Source: Kondoa subrosea (Eukaryota). From it: 64,000 bases of DNA. Each line of letters begins with the position of its first letter. Position 1 is the stretch's first letter. Position numbers and translations under genes: made by a program. The notes under the pieces are model-generated. The model was given only the letters and a program-made list of their open reading frames with translations, was not told the origin of the DNA and did not search any database. Shown here piece by piece: positions 29,541 through 42,676 of the stretch. Where the stretch lies: positions 819,118-883,117 of the forward strand of contig BCIN01000002.1 in the NCBI GenBank assembly GCA_039545335.1. The letters are read 5' to 3'.

Positions 29541-30687
29541 AGCTGTTGATGTGATTTGAAGGGCTCCGGAGTTGAGGTCTAGCGGTGCGTTGTTGATAAG
29601 ATAGGAATTCGACATGGCTTGGAGAGCTACAGTCATGTGTTCACCTTTTCCTGACCTGCGAGCCGCTGTCACCTGTCCTCTCTGTACTGCGGAGGACTGT
29701 ATTACTCCTTGCTATACTCCCTCTATGCTGCACGGAGCACGACCAGTCGAAAAAAGTCTGAGCGAAGATTTTAAGCAGTGGGTCTGCCAATGTAGCGGAT
29801 TGATACTTCTTCTCTTCTATACTGCTACCTTATCTCGATGTATGGTTTGTTCATAAGCAGCCTAAAGGGCACCTCTTTCCAATTGACCAGTTTCCAGACT
29901 TTGTCTGTTCTACTCGTTCTTACACCTAGAGAAAGGCGTTCATATGATGAGATTTGGTCAGATGTTAGAGTCAAGCACTTAGAGCAGCAAGGCCCTCTTT
30001 TTCTTCTCTCTAAACGAGGCGGGAAAAGGGCGTCGTTTGCAATTGCGTTGCAGAAATCTAAACCAATATTCTGAGAACTTGCCTTCTTCTACCTCTTCTT
30101 CTTCTCCCCAGGGTCCGATCTGGATCACAAGGGGATAATGGATGTTTTGCAATTGGTGAACGGAATCAAGGGAAACATGGGATTGATTCAAAGAGATTAT
30201 ACACTATGCAATACAATCCAGTTTCCACCACATAGTTGCTGTATGCGAGCACGGGCCGTCGCAACCCATAACTAGACATATCTCGCTTGAGTTGTTTTGC
30301 CCAGCTCTTTTGTTTAAAAGCGAAGACTGTCTCTAGCCATGCTCAATCTCGATTTTGCAGTGCAGCTAGCAAAGACTGTGCAGCCGCACGTCCATATACC
30401 CAACCTGTTCTCGCTTTCCGGCAAATCAGAAAGCTTGTTTCGGATTACTTCTCAAGAATTCGAATTGTATATTTCGAAATCAAAGCTCAAAGCACGCTGT
30501 CCCTAAATTCTGCTGCTCTCTTTCCAGTCTAGAACAACATCTTGTGACCTGTGAGCTTCCCTTTGCTCCAGCTCTGCTTCCCTTTCGCTGTATTGAGAAA
30601 TCTGACTGTCAAATGAACAGGAAGCGTGCTCGTTCTATCTCTCCTTCTGATCAATCTAAAAGTTCTCGCACAAGGACAAATCACACC

Positions 30688-33209
30688 ATGTCTGGTTTAC
30701 CTCTCTTCCATGACCTGTCAGTCGTTCTTTACTAGGATTCATGTCATGCGCTTATGCTGAATGCAGAGATCAACAATTACTGGCCAGCTCTTTCGTTCCT
30801 AATTCACCCAAGAAGGAGACCACAAAGCAGCAGCAGCAGCAACCTAGAAGGCATCAGCAACAGCATACGCAGCAGTATAGCAATCAAGAAATGATTCAAT
30901 GTCCCGAGTATGACTATTCGTCTTTGATTGCTACTCCTCCTACTTATGTTCAACAACAAGAGGACTTCTTCAAGCAACCTGATCGCTCGCCTGGACAACA
31001 GCAACGCATTGCCATTCAGTTCCACCAACCTCAGCAATATGCTTATCATCAATCTCCTAAGTCTGATTTTTCTTCTTCTCAAGGCTTCCCTACTCCAGCA
31101 ATGACTTTCTCTCAATCTACTTCTTCAAACAATACAACTAACGAAGCTTTTTCACCTTTATCCGAATTCATGTCACCTGATTTATCATCGAAAGATCAAA
31201 TGTTTTCTCCTCCTTTATCTTTACCTACTACTACTACTAACAATACAACTTCTTATGGCGCTCAACTCAATCCATACACTCAAGGTCATTCACCTGATAT
31301 TTTCTTGACTCCTGGTAATGGAAGTGGAGGTGGAAGTGGTTCAAGTTATAGAGGTTCAACGGATGAATACATGCAAGCTTCTTTAGGAATAAACATGTTG
31401 GCTGGTTTAGGTTTATCTCCTTCTGATCATCATCAACATCATCAACAAAGTCTTTCTACTTCTCCTTCTCAAATATTAGAGCAACAGCAACAATCGGTTG
31501 ATCAAGTTTATTCTTCACCTAATCAAAGTTTAACATCTAGTCCTGTAACACCTGTTACGACATCACCTAAAAGAAGAATCAATACTAGTGGGATTGTAAG
31601 AGAGACCAGGAAAGGACAGGATTTAGGTTTGGAATTGGAAGATTTCGAAATGCTAGAAACATTAGGTGCGTTCTCGGTTCGATCTGCTGCTCTTTGCACA
31701 GAGCTCAGACCTGAATTTGCGAACGTACAGGAACTGGAACTTTTGGTCGAGTACTGTTATGTCGTTTACTAAGGAATACAATGCAAGGTCTACCTCAATA
31801 TTTCGCAATGAAGGTATTGGCGAAATACGAAGTCGTTAGATTGAAACAAATTCAACATATCAATTCCGAACGTGCCATTCTTGGAACTGTTCGACATCAT
31901 GGTATAGTCAACTTGTGCGTTCCAACCCCCCTTTTTTTGTCATATTTTGACTTAAGAGGTTGTTGGAGCACAGATTCTGTACTTTTCAAGACGAACGTAA
32001 TCTCTACATTTTGATGGAATTCGTTCAAGGTGGTGAACTCTTTTCTCACTTACGAAGAGCAGGAAGGTTTTCACCTGATGTTTCTCGGTTCTACGCTGCA
32101 AACATTATTCTCGCACTTGAATACTTGCATGAGAGGGATATCATTTATAGAGATTTGAAACCGGAGAATTTGCTAGTGGATCAACAGGTCAGTTTTAAGA
32201 TCCTTTCGCATATTAGCGTTAATGCTGATTTGGCATGAGTCTTAAATTGACAGGGGTATTTGAAGATTACGGATTTTGGTTTTGCTAAATACGTACCGGA
32301 ACGTACTTACACTCTATGTGGTACACCCGAGTCAGTGTTTGACTTCTCTGAAGTCGCCTTGGTTACTGAATGATCTTTCTTATAGATACCTTGCGCCTGA
32401 GATTGTGAGTGAGCATCAGCTTTCGCATGCTAGATGCTGAGGGGACTGGCTTAACTCACAGATACAATCGACCGGTCATGGTAAACCAGCAGATTACTGG
32501 GTGCGGAAGATGTGTTACAACTTCAGCTTCCTGCTGATGTTGATGAACCATCCCCCGTACAGGCTTTTGGTGTTTTGCTCTTTGAAATGCTCTGCGGCTA
32601 CCCATGTTTCTTTGCCGACTCACCTTTAGGCATCTACGAAAAGATCCTTTCTGGCACTGTGCATTTCCCTTCGCATGTGGATACAGTAGCGAGGGATCTC
32701 ATTACTCGATTATTATCTTCGGATCTATCAAGACGATTGGGTAATCTGAGAGGAGGTGTGAAGGATATTATGAGACATCCTTGGTTTGAAGGAGTGGATT
32801 GGAACATGGTTAGAAGAAGGGAAATTCCTGTAAGTCTCCTGGCGCATTCTTCTGACAGCTCATGAGAATCTTTTTTTGAAGGCTCCGATTGTACCAAGAG
32901 TTCGGACAGCGGGTGATTGTGCTCATTTCGAAAAGTGTGTAACACCGTATCCATTGAAGCAGAAGCTGATACTACGTTCAGATACGAACGATACAACTTG
33001 GAAGCATTACCTGCGCTAGCCCGAGCTCAGAAGAAACGGACAGCAATGCAACAAGGTATCTGGCGGGATCCAAGTGCTGAAGAAGAGAGAATGGAGCAAG
33101 CTAAGAGAGATCAGGTCGATCAATTCAAGGCTTTCTTTCAGGAGTTAGTCAAGAACTCATCTTTGCTTTGTGTTACATTCATCACTGAGTACTCGATCTT
33201 AGGTTCTGA
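30688..33209 (+). CDS. cAMP-dependent protein kinase catalytic subunit (probably the second, Uka1/PkaB-like isoform) with Gln/Ser-rich N-terminus
   Basis: [87 protein letters not shown], terminal FxxF (FQEF*). An upstream intron at about 30551-30620 makes the start uncertain. Confidence 0.93.
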
Positions 33210-34083
33210 TTCATTTAGGGTTGTATATGTATGTGTAGGGTTGCAAGCTGGTTTTGTGACCTTTACATAGTTTCAGTTCGTGGGAATTAATGGGTCTATT
33301 TGGATCATTCAAGTCCGCAATCACTGCATCCATAGTTGGCCTCCGCTCACTGCGTCTAGTCTGCGTCTAGCATTTTGAGCTTCGTATAGATCGAAGGCGC
33401 GCTTATGCTTTAACAGCCAGCATGTTTGCATTTCAGCGAGAATAACGCTATCTTGACCTCTTGACTCGAATTGGAGGGTCATCGCTTCAACAGGAGGACC
33501 TGCCCAGGCAGAGGTTCCAGCCGAAGGAGCGAACAGTGGCATGAACAGAAGCCAGTCGTGATTTCATGCTTGGATCTTGCTTGGATTCGGCTGATCAGAA
33601 TCCCTTCTCGAGTCTTGGTTTCGCGTAGCAAGATAGTCTACTATGTGCTGCAATCGCTCGAGATCTCGTTGTTTCTTTTGCCCATTGTTCCGTCATTGCC
33701 AACGTATATGTCTTTCGCTTCCAGGTGTTGTGTTTGTGCTTTACACCATATGCCTTGGCTTGATGAGCTCACTGCGAAGAGAACCTATATCACATACTCA
33801 TCATAACATGAGATTCGTATATTCATCATAAGATACTCTGATATGAAGTCTTTCCGACCATTTGAATGAAGCACGCAATTTCTACAATCTACTTCATGGT
33901 ATTCTTCTTGTCTTATTCGTCTCCTCGTCATTGCCTGTCCACTAATCCTCTGAATTCCCTTTGTCCTAAAGGTTTCAGACTTCCCTGATCGATATTTTCT
34001 CTTTCTTTCCCAACCGCTACTTTGAATTACTTTCTACTCTCTTCCCTTTTTCGAACCATCAACAGCTTCTAGACCATATTCAT

Positions 34084-37069
34084 ATGAATTATCACGGTAC
34101 GCGAGGAACTGAATAACACTATTCCGAATACTGATTCTTCTCGCATTCCTTCAGGCGCCAGCAGCAGCAGCAGGATTACTCCTCATCCTGATGAAGCCGC
34201 TCGTGTACAGAGAGTTCAGGCATTCGTTCGTCATTTCTTGTTAGACTTGACAAAGGGTTCCAACACAGTTTATTTAGGTCCAAGGAAGGCAAGACGCGAC
34301 GGCAACGCGGGCTTCACCATTTCCTGGATCAAATCATGTTAGTCCAGTCTCTCGTCTAGGTACCTCGTCTCAACGACCACTGACAGGGGACTGCAACGCC
34401 TCCTGTCGCCGCGTCCAGGAGTGAGCTTTGTTCAAACTCACTCTCGCTCGTTCTTTAGCTCAGTACGATCAGTCCGTGATGGTAGTGAACCAGCGGACAT
34501 GCGTGTGAGCGTTCTCTTTGATCTTTTGTGACGCATGTTGACATCTCCCGTCAGCGGAACATCAGCCCGGAATTACATGAGCCGTCTGAGCAGCACATGC
34601 ATCAATTGCTAGTAGCCCTCGTCAAAGAGCAGTGTGGACATGTAGGCGCTCTTGTGACCGGTCGGTTCCTTGATCAGCAGCATTGTCTCATTGCTGAAGC
34701 ATCTGAGCAGATGAGATGCACCAACGACTGATGCAGACTTTCCGCTCAGCCGGTCCTGCTCAACACGTACAAGTCAAGCACATGGAGAACAATGTAGAAA
34801 CACTCTACAAATTCAACAGATATCAGCAATATCAAGATGGTCGTCAGATAAATTATATTGATATTCAAGGTCATCTGTACCACTTCACAGCATGGACAGA
34901 AGAATTCTTGCAAAGAAAGCACATCTACAAACAAAAGTTGTTTGAGGCATACTACGGCACTGTTTGTGATCCGTCAGCAGATTGGTTCCTGCATCGATCT
35001 CTATACGTCTTCTGACCAACGTCTTCTTAGCTGAGACTGCTCGTATGGCGACCGTAACAGATGCTCAGTACAAGAAAGTTCAGATACCTCATGGAAGTCA
35101 GATCTTTATGTTTGGAGTCTACTCGGATACCCAATCTTCTAAGCACTTCGCAAAGATCGACAACCGCATATGCCGTTACGAGCCTAAAGCGGTCATAGCG
35201 CGTCCGGCTGCTCACTTGGTTGGCGCAAATCAGGCAAAGGCGAAAGAGACCAAGGAGCGAGACATCAAGCATTACTCCAGTGCTCTGCTAGATCTCACCA
35301 AGAAAGCGAATGCAGCGCTTGCTCTGCATCGTCTGCATGAGCCTCATTCAGTCGCATCAGACAACGCTGGCCACCCATGCATTCAGATATGGCAGATGCT
35401 TCTTCACAAGGGTCACGATACCGCTTCATTAACTCTCAAAGACCTGTGTCTTTCGATGGTAACTGCTGATGAGGCCGCACGACCCTTGGCATTGCTGCTA
35501 ATCCAATGCCCAAGCGACGCTGGGTTTACACACTGGATCCAACATCCGGCTAGCTCAGAGCCGGAGCGTAAGTCCTCCGCCGATTGTTGTCGATCTCCAA
35601 GCATACTCATTGAGCAATAGTCCTAAAACAGATTTGCACCACATGGTATGCCTTGAACAAGCAGCCAAACAACAATAAAGCGCAAGCCCGTGACGCTTCA
35701 GGCACTGTATCACAACAGAATCAACAAGCAGAGCATACTTCAACGGCGGACACTGCCATGTCTGCCAAGGACTACCTCAAATTAGTGATGAGCTCGCTGC
35801 TGCCACTGAATTTCTTTGATCCTTCGGCCGCCAAAGGGAGTGCCATTGCCCTACTCAACCGTGTTGCCGAAGCAAAATCGAAATCTCATGTAGGCGCTCC
35901 TCTGCCATTCACCGTGAAGGACCCTGTGCCAGCTGCACACACAGTACGTACTAAAGCCCGGCACATTATCATGCTCATGAGTCTATATCGCAGGTCGATT
36001 GGCCTGGTGAACAGATGTTCAATGGTACTGGGGTCTCGACTAAAGAGCGGAGATTGGAAAAGCAAGCCTGGCCTTTTCTTTCAATCCCGGATCAGGTGAG
36101 TAGATTGATATCCCATCAAGCTTTGAAACTCAGCAGTGTTCTATACCAGCATCAAAGACTATTTCGATACAGGATGCTCGCTCAAGCGAAACAACAGGCT
36201 GTAACATTGGTGTCGAATTACAAGGGATCAGCGGACAAAGAGGAACTTAAGGAGATCGCAATACAAAGATGGATGCAATTAGGCACGCTGGAGGCTGTAG
36301 TGAGTATCGGTTCCCGTACAGGATCATTAATTAATCTGGTTGACAGATGATTGATTGCGTATGTCATGTTTTTGCCTTGCATGGCTCCATCTGACAGGAT
36401 GTAGATCGTCTCCAACTTCTTCTCCTGGAGATTAAATGTAAGGTCTGTTGTCACTACCTGTGCTATCTGACACATCAGCATTAGCAAGCCATCAAACTTA
36501 TGAAGCGCAAGGACACAAAATTATCCAGGCGGTTAGAACCAGACGTCTTCAGTTGGGCCCGAGAGCAGAAACGAGCCGCTTTGTTGGAGTTCCCGAATAC
36601 GGTTCTGGAGATTGACCGCAGAAATCGACTTTGGTCAAATGAATTGAGTGTAAGCGATATGATTAATAAGATGTTTCCCTAAACATTGCCTTTTCAGGAC
36701 TGGGAAGACTATCTCCAAAACAGATACCAAACATCCTATTATTGCAAAAGATGCTACAAAATCGATCCTCACGCGCACAATCCTCTGATCCACCCTGGGT
36801 ACTCTTTTCCCAGATCTCCCAATGCCAAATTGTCCGTCTCGGCAATATCTCATATCGCTAGCAAACATCCTAGTATCGTAGGCTACGATGCGCAGGTGGC
36901 CGGTATGGAGACTTCGGTCCATCTGCGTCGAACAATGATTCTGAGCAATGCCAGTACAGAGCAAATGATGCTCGCTTGGAATACGGAAGCGGCAGATCAT
37001 TGGAGAACATTTTGGCCTTTGCCTAGCAACTTCAATCGACCAGAGCATGTACCAGTTAGGCGGACTTGA
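34084..37069 (+). CDS. Orphan multi-exon hypothetical protein
   Basis: Chain of ORF segments joined by plausible short introns (e.g. 34097-34154, 35568-35631, 36301-36347, 36650-36697). The last exon has YCKRCYKIDPH. No family recognised. Confidence 0.6.
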
Positions 37070-37205
37070 AGGACACTCGACGCTTACCTAAAGTTCGTAT
37101 AGCACCATGGACTCGCTTTTGACGTACACAATCATCTCCTTGGCGCAGTCTTTAGTCAAGCAAAAAGAGATACAATTATACATTTTTACCACATTCTTCG
37201 CGCAT

Positions 37206-40200
37206 TTATTCAGATGCCGCGCCAATATGGCAATACAGATGATCTTCCACTTGTTTCTCGGTATCCCTTACTTCACCACACCACTCATTATCTCCTCCGA
37301 TGATCCAACGACAGGTGCGAGCTTTAGTCGAAGCGATTAGCTTGTTCTGAGCGATGACTGATGAGCGCGCAACGGTCGTGGTGGTTGTGACGACTTGCGC
37401 TACATCGCTATCCTCTTCTGACTCAGACTCTTCGCTGCCTGATTCCCGACTTCCTTCTTCGTCTTTAAATGATTCATCATCGCTTTCACTTTCAGCTGGT
37501 TGAATCGCAGCGATGCCTAATGTAGCTTGCTGTTCATATTTGGCAAGTTTCTCGCGGAGATCTTCCGCGACACCAGCATATTCAGCTCCCATGGCTGCTT
37601 GTTGACGAAGGAAAGTAATGTCGCTTTCTCGGAAACGCGTTTGTAGAAGATTGTGCTGAATACGAAGCTTGTTCATTTCGTCTATTTATTTCGATGATCA
37701 GAAAAAGAGCACGGAAATGGGCAGAAAAGCATACCTTTTTGACGCTTCTCTCGAGACTTCTGAAAGAGATCTCGCTGTCGAAGACCATCGCTAAGTTGTC
37801 GCTCCAGTTCAAGAATACGCGCTTCCAGCTCAATGACTTCTTGACCTCTTACGCTGGCAGCATTCGACGCGTCAGCGTAAGCCATTCTGAACTTGTCAGC
37901 GTCTTCTTCTGCGTATCTTCGTGAGCCACGAAGAGAGTCGTTGTCCTTTTGGAGAGCAGCCAGGTCGAGACGCAACGAAGCGTTCTCTGCTTGGAGGGTC
38001 AAAATTGCTTGCAGTTCTACAGTCTGCTCAGACTGAACAGTAGCAATGATTTCGCCGCGTCCAACAGATCGAGCTTCTTGCAAATCGAGTAGGCGAGACT
38101 GGAGATTCTCAATATAGCCGGGTTCAGTAGTGCTTAAAGATCCAGATAAAGCGGGATCATCTGGAAACGATGCTACGTCTTCGCCGACGGCACCCTGCTT
38201 GACTTCAATAAGGTCTGACGCAAGAGGTGAGAATGCCCTTTGCTCTGCTGATGCTGCAATATGTTGCATATTGTTGTCCTGTTGTATTGTTGCAAGATCT
38301 GGATACAAGGACTTCGGTATTTGCGGAGATGCAGGAGCTACAGGTGGTGATGCAAGCGCAGCTTGAGAAAAGGTCAAGGATTCGGCAAAGAAGTCGAAGG
38401 GTGTGTGGGTGGCTTGAGCATTGTACAAAACCTCTTCCGACTTGATGCGAGGCAATTGTTTTGGCTCCCAGGCATCGACGTCTTCGTACTCTGGATATAG
38501 GATCTTGTTGACATCTGCGGCGTTATATCCACTGGTTGAGCTCGCTGGGATGGCATCAGGGTGTGAATGGAAAAGCGGTAGTGGTTGGGGCTGCCATTCA
38601 GCCGGGTGAGGCAAACAAGGGAGAACTAGAAGAAATTTCAGACTTTAGTGACTCATTGAGACGTGCGGGCTTACTAGGTGGTACAGCAGCATCTTCCATC
38701 GATGTATCAGCAAAGTGTGGAGCTTGCGCTTCTTCTTGCATTTCTCGCTGTACCAATGCAGAATCGACCTCTTCTGCTGTGCCTATGACCAGTCTTTCCT
38801 CGTCATTGCCAGGCAAGACGGCTGCTGTTGGGACTGGCTCAACGAGGGGACTAGTCTGAAGCGCAGAAGCTTCAGAACCGCTTGCTAATGCTTTGAGCTG
38901 TTGTTCCGGCACTGATGAAGGCAGAACACCTGAAGATATGGGAGAGGTGCGAGAGTCCAAACCATTGATGGCAGCTTGCTCCGGAACGAGATCTTCCTGA
39001 GTGGTACGACTTTGAACAGCCACCTTTGGATTGGCTTCAGCCTGCTGTATCGAAGCTGAAGACTCTAATTGATCTTCTTCCGCTGATGAATGTTCTTCGA
39101 CTAAGGGATTTTCCGTCTCCTTTTGCGTGTCGTCGATAGGCAACTCGAGTACCGGTTGCGTTGCATACTCGAGCGATTCTTCAGCATTTTGCTGTGATAC
39201 TGGTGCGAAGAGAGGTATTTGTTGATCTTGGTGAGCGGTAGTAGCTTCATGCCGTAAATCTTCAGTAGAAAAGATGGTGGAGAGTATTGGTTGTGGCTGT
39301 GAGAGCGGTTGCGAAGGCATTGGATCTTCCACTTCATCAGTGATCGTGGGAGCGACTACAGCATTATCATCTGGCTTTTCTTGGTTGACTGGTGTTGCAG
39401 CTCTCGACAAACGATCTTCCGTCTCTTCGATGTCGGCTGCGATTTCTAATTCAGCGCCTCCATCTGGTATAGGCGAAGCAACCGGAGAGGTGGAAGGAGT
39501 TCTCAAAGGTTCTAGTTGCGGCTGTTCAATATCTTGTGCTGGATCGAACTCATCTATAGGTAGGAAAGGAGAATCAGGTTCGAGAATATCTTCAGTCGGA
39601 TCACGTAAAGTAGCAGTAGCGACCATGGGCTCTTCTAGTCTAGCCTGATCGATTTCTTCCTCCTCGATCAAAGCATCAATAGCATCTGATCTGAGTGAAA
39701 CCGGATCTCCATCTTCGTGCGGCTTTTCAAGCGCAGATTCTTCCATGTCAAAATCTTGCATAAAGTCCTCTTCATCTTCGCTACTGACTCTTTCTGCACA
39801 GGGTGATAGGGCAAGTCTGTATTTCGCTTCAGGCAGGGAGACTATCAAGACTAGTTCTTCATGTTCTAGGTAAGCGAGATGAAAGGCAAGCGTTTCTAGT
39901 TCCACTCCGGCTTGAATCAGTGCTGCATTAAACCTGTCAGCGTATACTTTAGAGCAAATTCAAAAGCATGCTTACAATCTCGATATGCTTCCGGATCAGC
40001 GAAGAAAGCCTTCAATTCCTCTTTGACTCTTCCATCGAGCAAACCGAGTATTCCTAATCGAGCAGCAGGGGACTGATCATCATCCAACCAAATTTGATAA
40101 GCTGAAAATCCATCATCTTCCCTTTCTTCCTGCTCTTCCTCTTCATTATTATCATCAAGGAAAGGTTCTTGTCTCGCAGTTTCATAGAGTTGAGTTTCTT

Positions 40201-41855
40201 CCGCAATCGACTTCGGTTCTGCCGAATCTCGATTTGCATCTTCCTCCTCTTCTCGATCAAGTAGAGAGTGATCAAAAACTTCTGCTTCCTCTTGTTGTAC
40301 CTCTTGCTCAACATCTTGCGTTAAATCAGTTTGATCAGTAGCATCAGTCGAAATCCTTCTTCTCTTCTTCTTCTTTTTCGATTTGGAAGCCGAACCAGGA
40401 TGAGGACTAATAGCAGGTGGAGGTGGAGGAGATCTGAGTTTCCTCTTTTTAGCAGATCCATCGTATTTCGAAGGTGATTTTGAGACTTCTCTTGTTTCTT
40501 CTTCGTCTTCTTCTTCTTGTTGTTGTTGTTGTTCTACTTCAGGTGAAGTAATTGTAGCCATTTGACTTGTTTCTGGTTGTTCATTCTGATTGAGTTCGAG
40601 TGATGCTACTACAGGTGGTGGTGAAGACGTAGTAGGTTCAATAGGAGAAGTTTCTTTTTCCGTTTGAATTGATCTAAGAAGTCTAACAGAAGGTTGTTGA
40701 ACTTTCTTCATTTCTTTTTCTTTATTCTTCTTGGATAAAAGAGGTTGCTCGTTGGAGGAATCAGGTCGTAAAGCCAATGAAGGATCTTCTTCTTGAGAAT
40801 CAGCAACGACGTCTTCTGTTTCGTTGAAAGTAGCAGTAGTAGGGAAAATGCTTTTCTTCTTCTGATTGCTTTTGCTTCTTGATTTGCCATTTTGTTTGGG
40901 TGATCTTTCTTTCTCCTTTATTACAATAGCAGCTGTAATCTTCTCAGCAGCAGGAGATAATCGAGCTGATCTTCGAACTGGAGAAGGAGGTGGAAGCAAA
41001 CTAGGTAATAAACTTGTAGTAGGTTTAGCAAAGACATCCGTTCTTTGTTGTTCTTCAGCTTCTGTTAGAATAGGAGGTGGTAAGAATATACTGCTGGTCT
41101 GACTCGCATTGAATGATTGACTTGATTCGGGGATTCGTTTGATCTTTTTTGCTTTGGGTGATTTCGACGCAACTCGCTCTTCTGCTTCAGAATCGGACAA
41201 GACATGAACTTTTCTCTTCTTCTGTTCGATAGTGGGTAAAGAAGAACGCAATTTGCTTTTGATCGGTTCAGCTGTTGTAGAGTTTGAAAGAGCTCTTGAA
41301 GTTCTTCTGGATCCAACAGTACTTCTAGGTGATTTGGAAAGCCGGAAAGAAGGAATATCTTCATCTGAAGTAGGAGGAGTACCAATGTCTACTAGTTCTC
41401 GCTTGATGGGAGGTGACTCTACTTTGACTGACCCGTTCATGGAACGTGTCTTTGTTCGAGTATTAGTACCTGCACTTGTTCTGGTACTAGAGCGCGTATT
41501 CTTCTTGTCGCCCATGGCTATTCCGTTTGCAAGCTTGTACTTGAGCAACTTGTTCTTGATTTGAATGGCTCCTTCTGCTTTCTAACCCAGAGTCTAAGGT
41601 ACACCAATAATATGCAGCAGACACCTGAACTAACCCAAGTAGGTTCATAGTCTTGCTTTGTCGAACGATTCTTGCCTTGCCAGCTAACGAGATACTGCTG
41701 AATGTTGTGATGAACACGATGATTGAGAATGTCCTGCATTCGCCGTCTGGTCAGCTCTGCCATCCTCAATCTACCGTGTGCAAGGGTCAGCGCACCTTCT
41801 CTTTGACAGGCGTCTTGGATAATTCCTCGAGCGATAATTCCTCAGACGAATTCAT
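37206..41855 (-). CDS. Large protein: N-terminal chromodomain-like, acidic disordered middle, coiled coil and C-terminal C2H2-like finger
   Basis: Spliced N-terminus VKEKDILNHRVHHNIQQYLVSWQG...YEPTW; heptads LQAENASLRLDLAALQKDNDSL...LEARILELERQL; terminal CRW...C-x12-H-x3-H. Confidence 0.75.
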
Positions 41856-42010
41856 TCACAAGCAAGCCAAAGGAAAGGGGTAGGTATAATCCACACTTCA
41901 CAGTCGCTACGGTATCATCGCCTGGCTTCTGGGTATTGAATCTCTCTCACTCGCCGTTTCCTGAGAACAAAATATAAACCTTGCTTCGAACAGCCGCTGC
42001 ATCCTCAGCT

Positions 42011-42634
42011 ATGATCGGCCTGAAAGCTACCATGGTTCGTGTCAATGGTCTCAATCTGAATTGCAAGGGCTCATCTTTCTGTTTGTAGACGGTGCTGGAC
42101 AACTCTGGCGCTTTACTGGTTGAATGTGTCAATGTACTCAAGAATAAATCTTCCTTTGGTTTAGCAAGAACAGGTCCGTATTGATCTTGGGTGAACGCAC
42201 TATCTTGTGCTCACTCCTTGTTCAACTTCGGACAGGCGATGAAATTGTAGTAGTAGTCAAGAAAGCCAAATCTCTACAAACTTCGAATAACGCAAACTCT
42301 TCCCTAGCAGTCAAAGTAAAACGTGGTGATGTGAGAAGAGCTGTAGTAGTCCGAACAAAGAAAGAGCAAAGAAGAAGCGATGGACGTTATGTTCGATTCG
42401 ATACGAATGCTGCTGTACTATTGAATTCAAAGAAAGAACCGCTGGGGACAAGGATAAATGGTGTAGTTAGTGCAGAACTGCGGCAGGTAAGTGTTCCTAT
42501 GCTACTCCATTGGTCTGCTGTCTCACACTGCTGTTAGCGAGGATGGGGTAGGATAGCGAGTCTGAGCACAAGAGGTTCGTGACGGGACGTTAACAGGCGC
42601 ATCGTCTAGCTGACCTCTATACACAGTGGTCTGA
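42011..42634 (+). CDS. MRPL38: Mitochondrial ribosomal protein uL14m
   Basis: [25 protein letters not shown]...[11 protein letters not shown]...[16 protein letters not shown]...[11 protein letters not shown]...[15 protein letters not shown]. Confidence 0.95.
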
Positions 42635-42676
42635 AACATCTCTTTGCACAAGTCTATTGTATTAGTAGATCTAATT

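Noticed and set aside
33797..33829. Two box-C-like ATGATGA motifs on the minus strand
   Set aside because: No suitably spaced D box, terminal stem or recognisable rRNA guide sequence.
36230..36510. Homeodomain-like pattern (DKEELKEIA...IVSNFFSWR) suggesting a mating-type HD gene
   Set aside because: Lacks the WFxNxR core, the spacing is off, and there is no divergent HD partner gene.
36650..36697. Apparent premature TAA (36680-36682) in the orphan gene
   Set aside because: It lies within a 48-nt gtaagc...ctaa...ttttcag intron whose removal keeps the frame.
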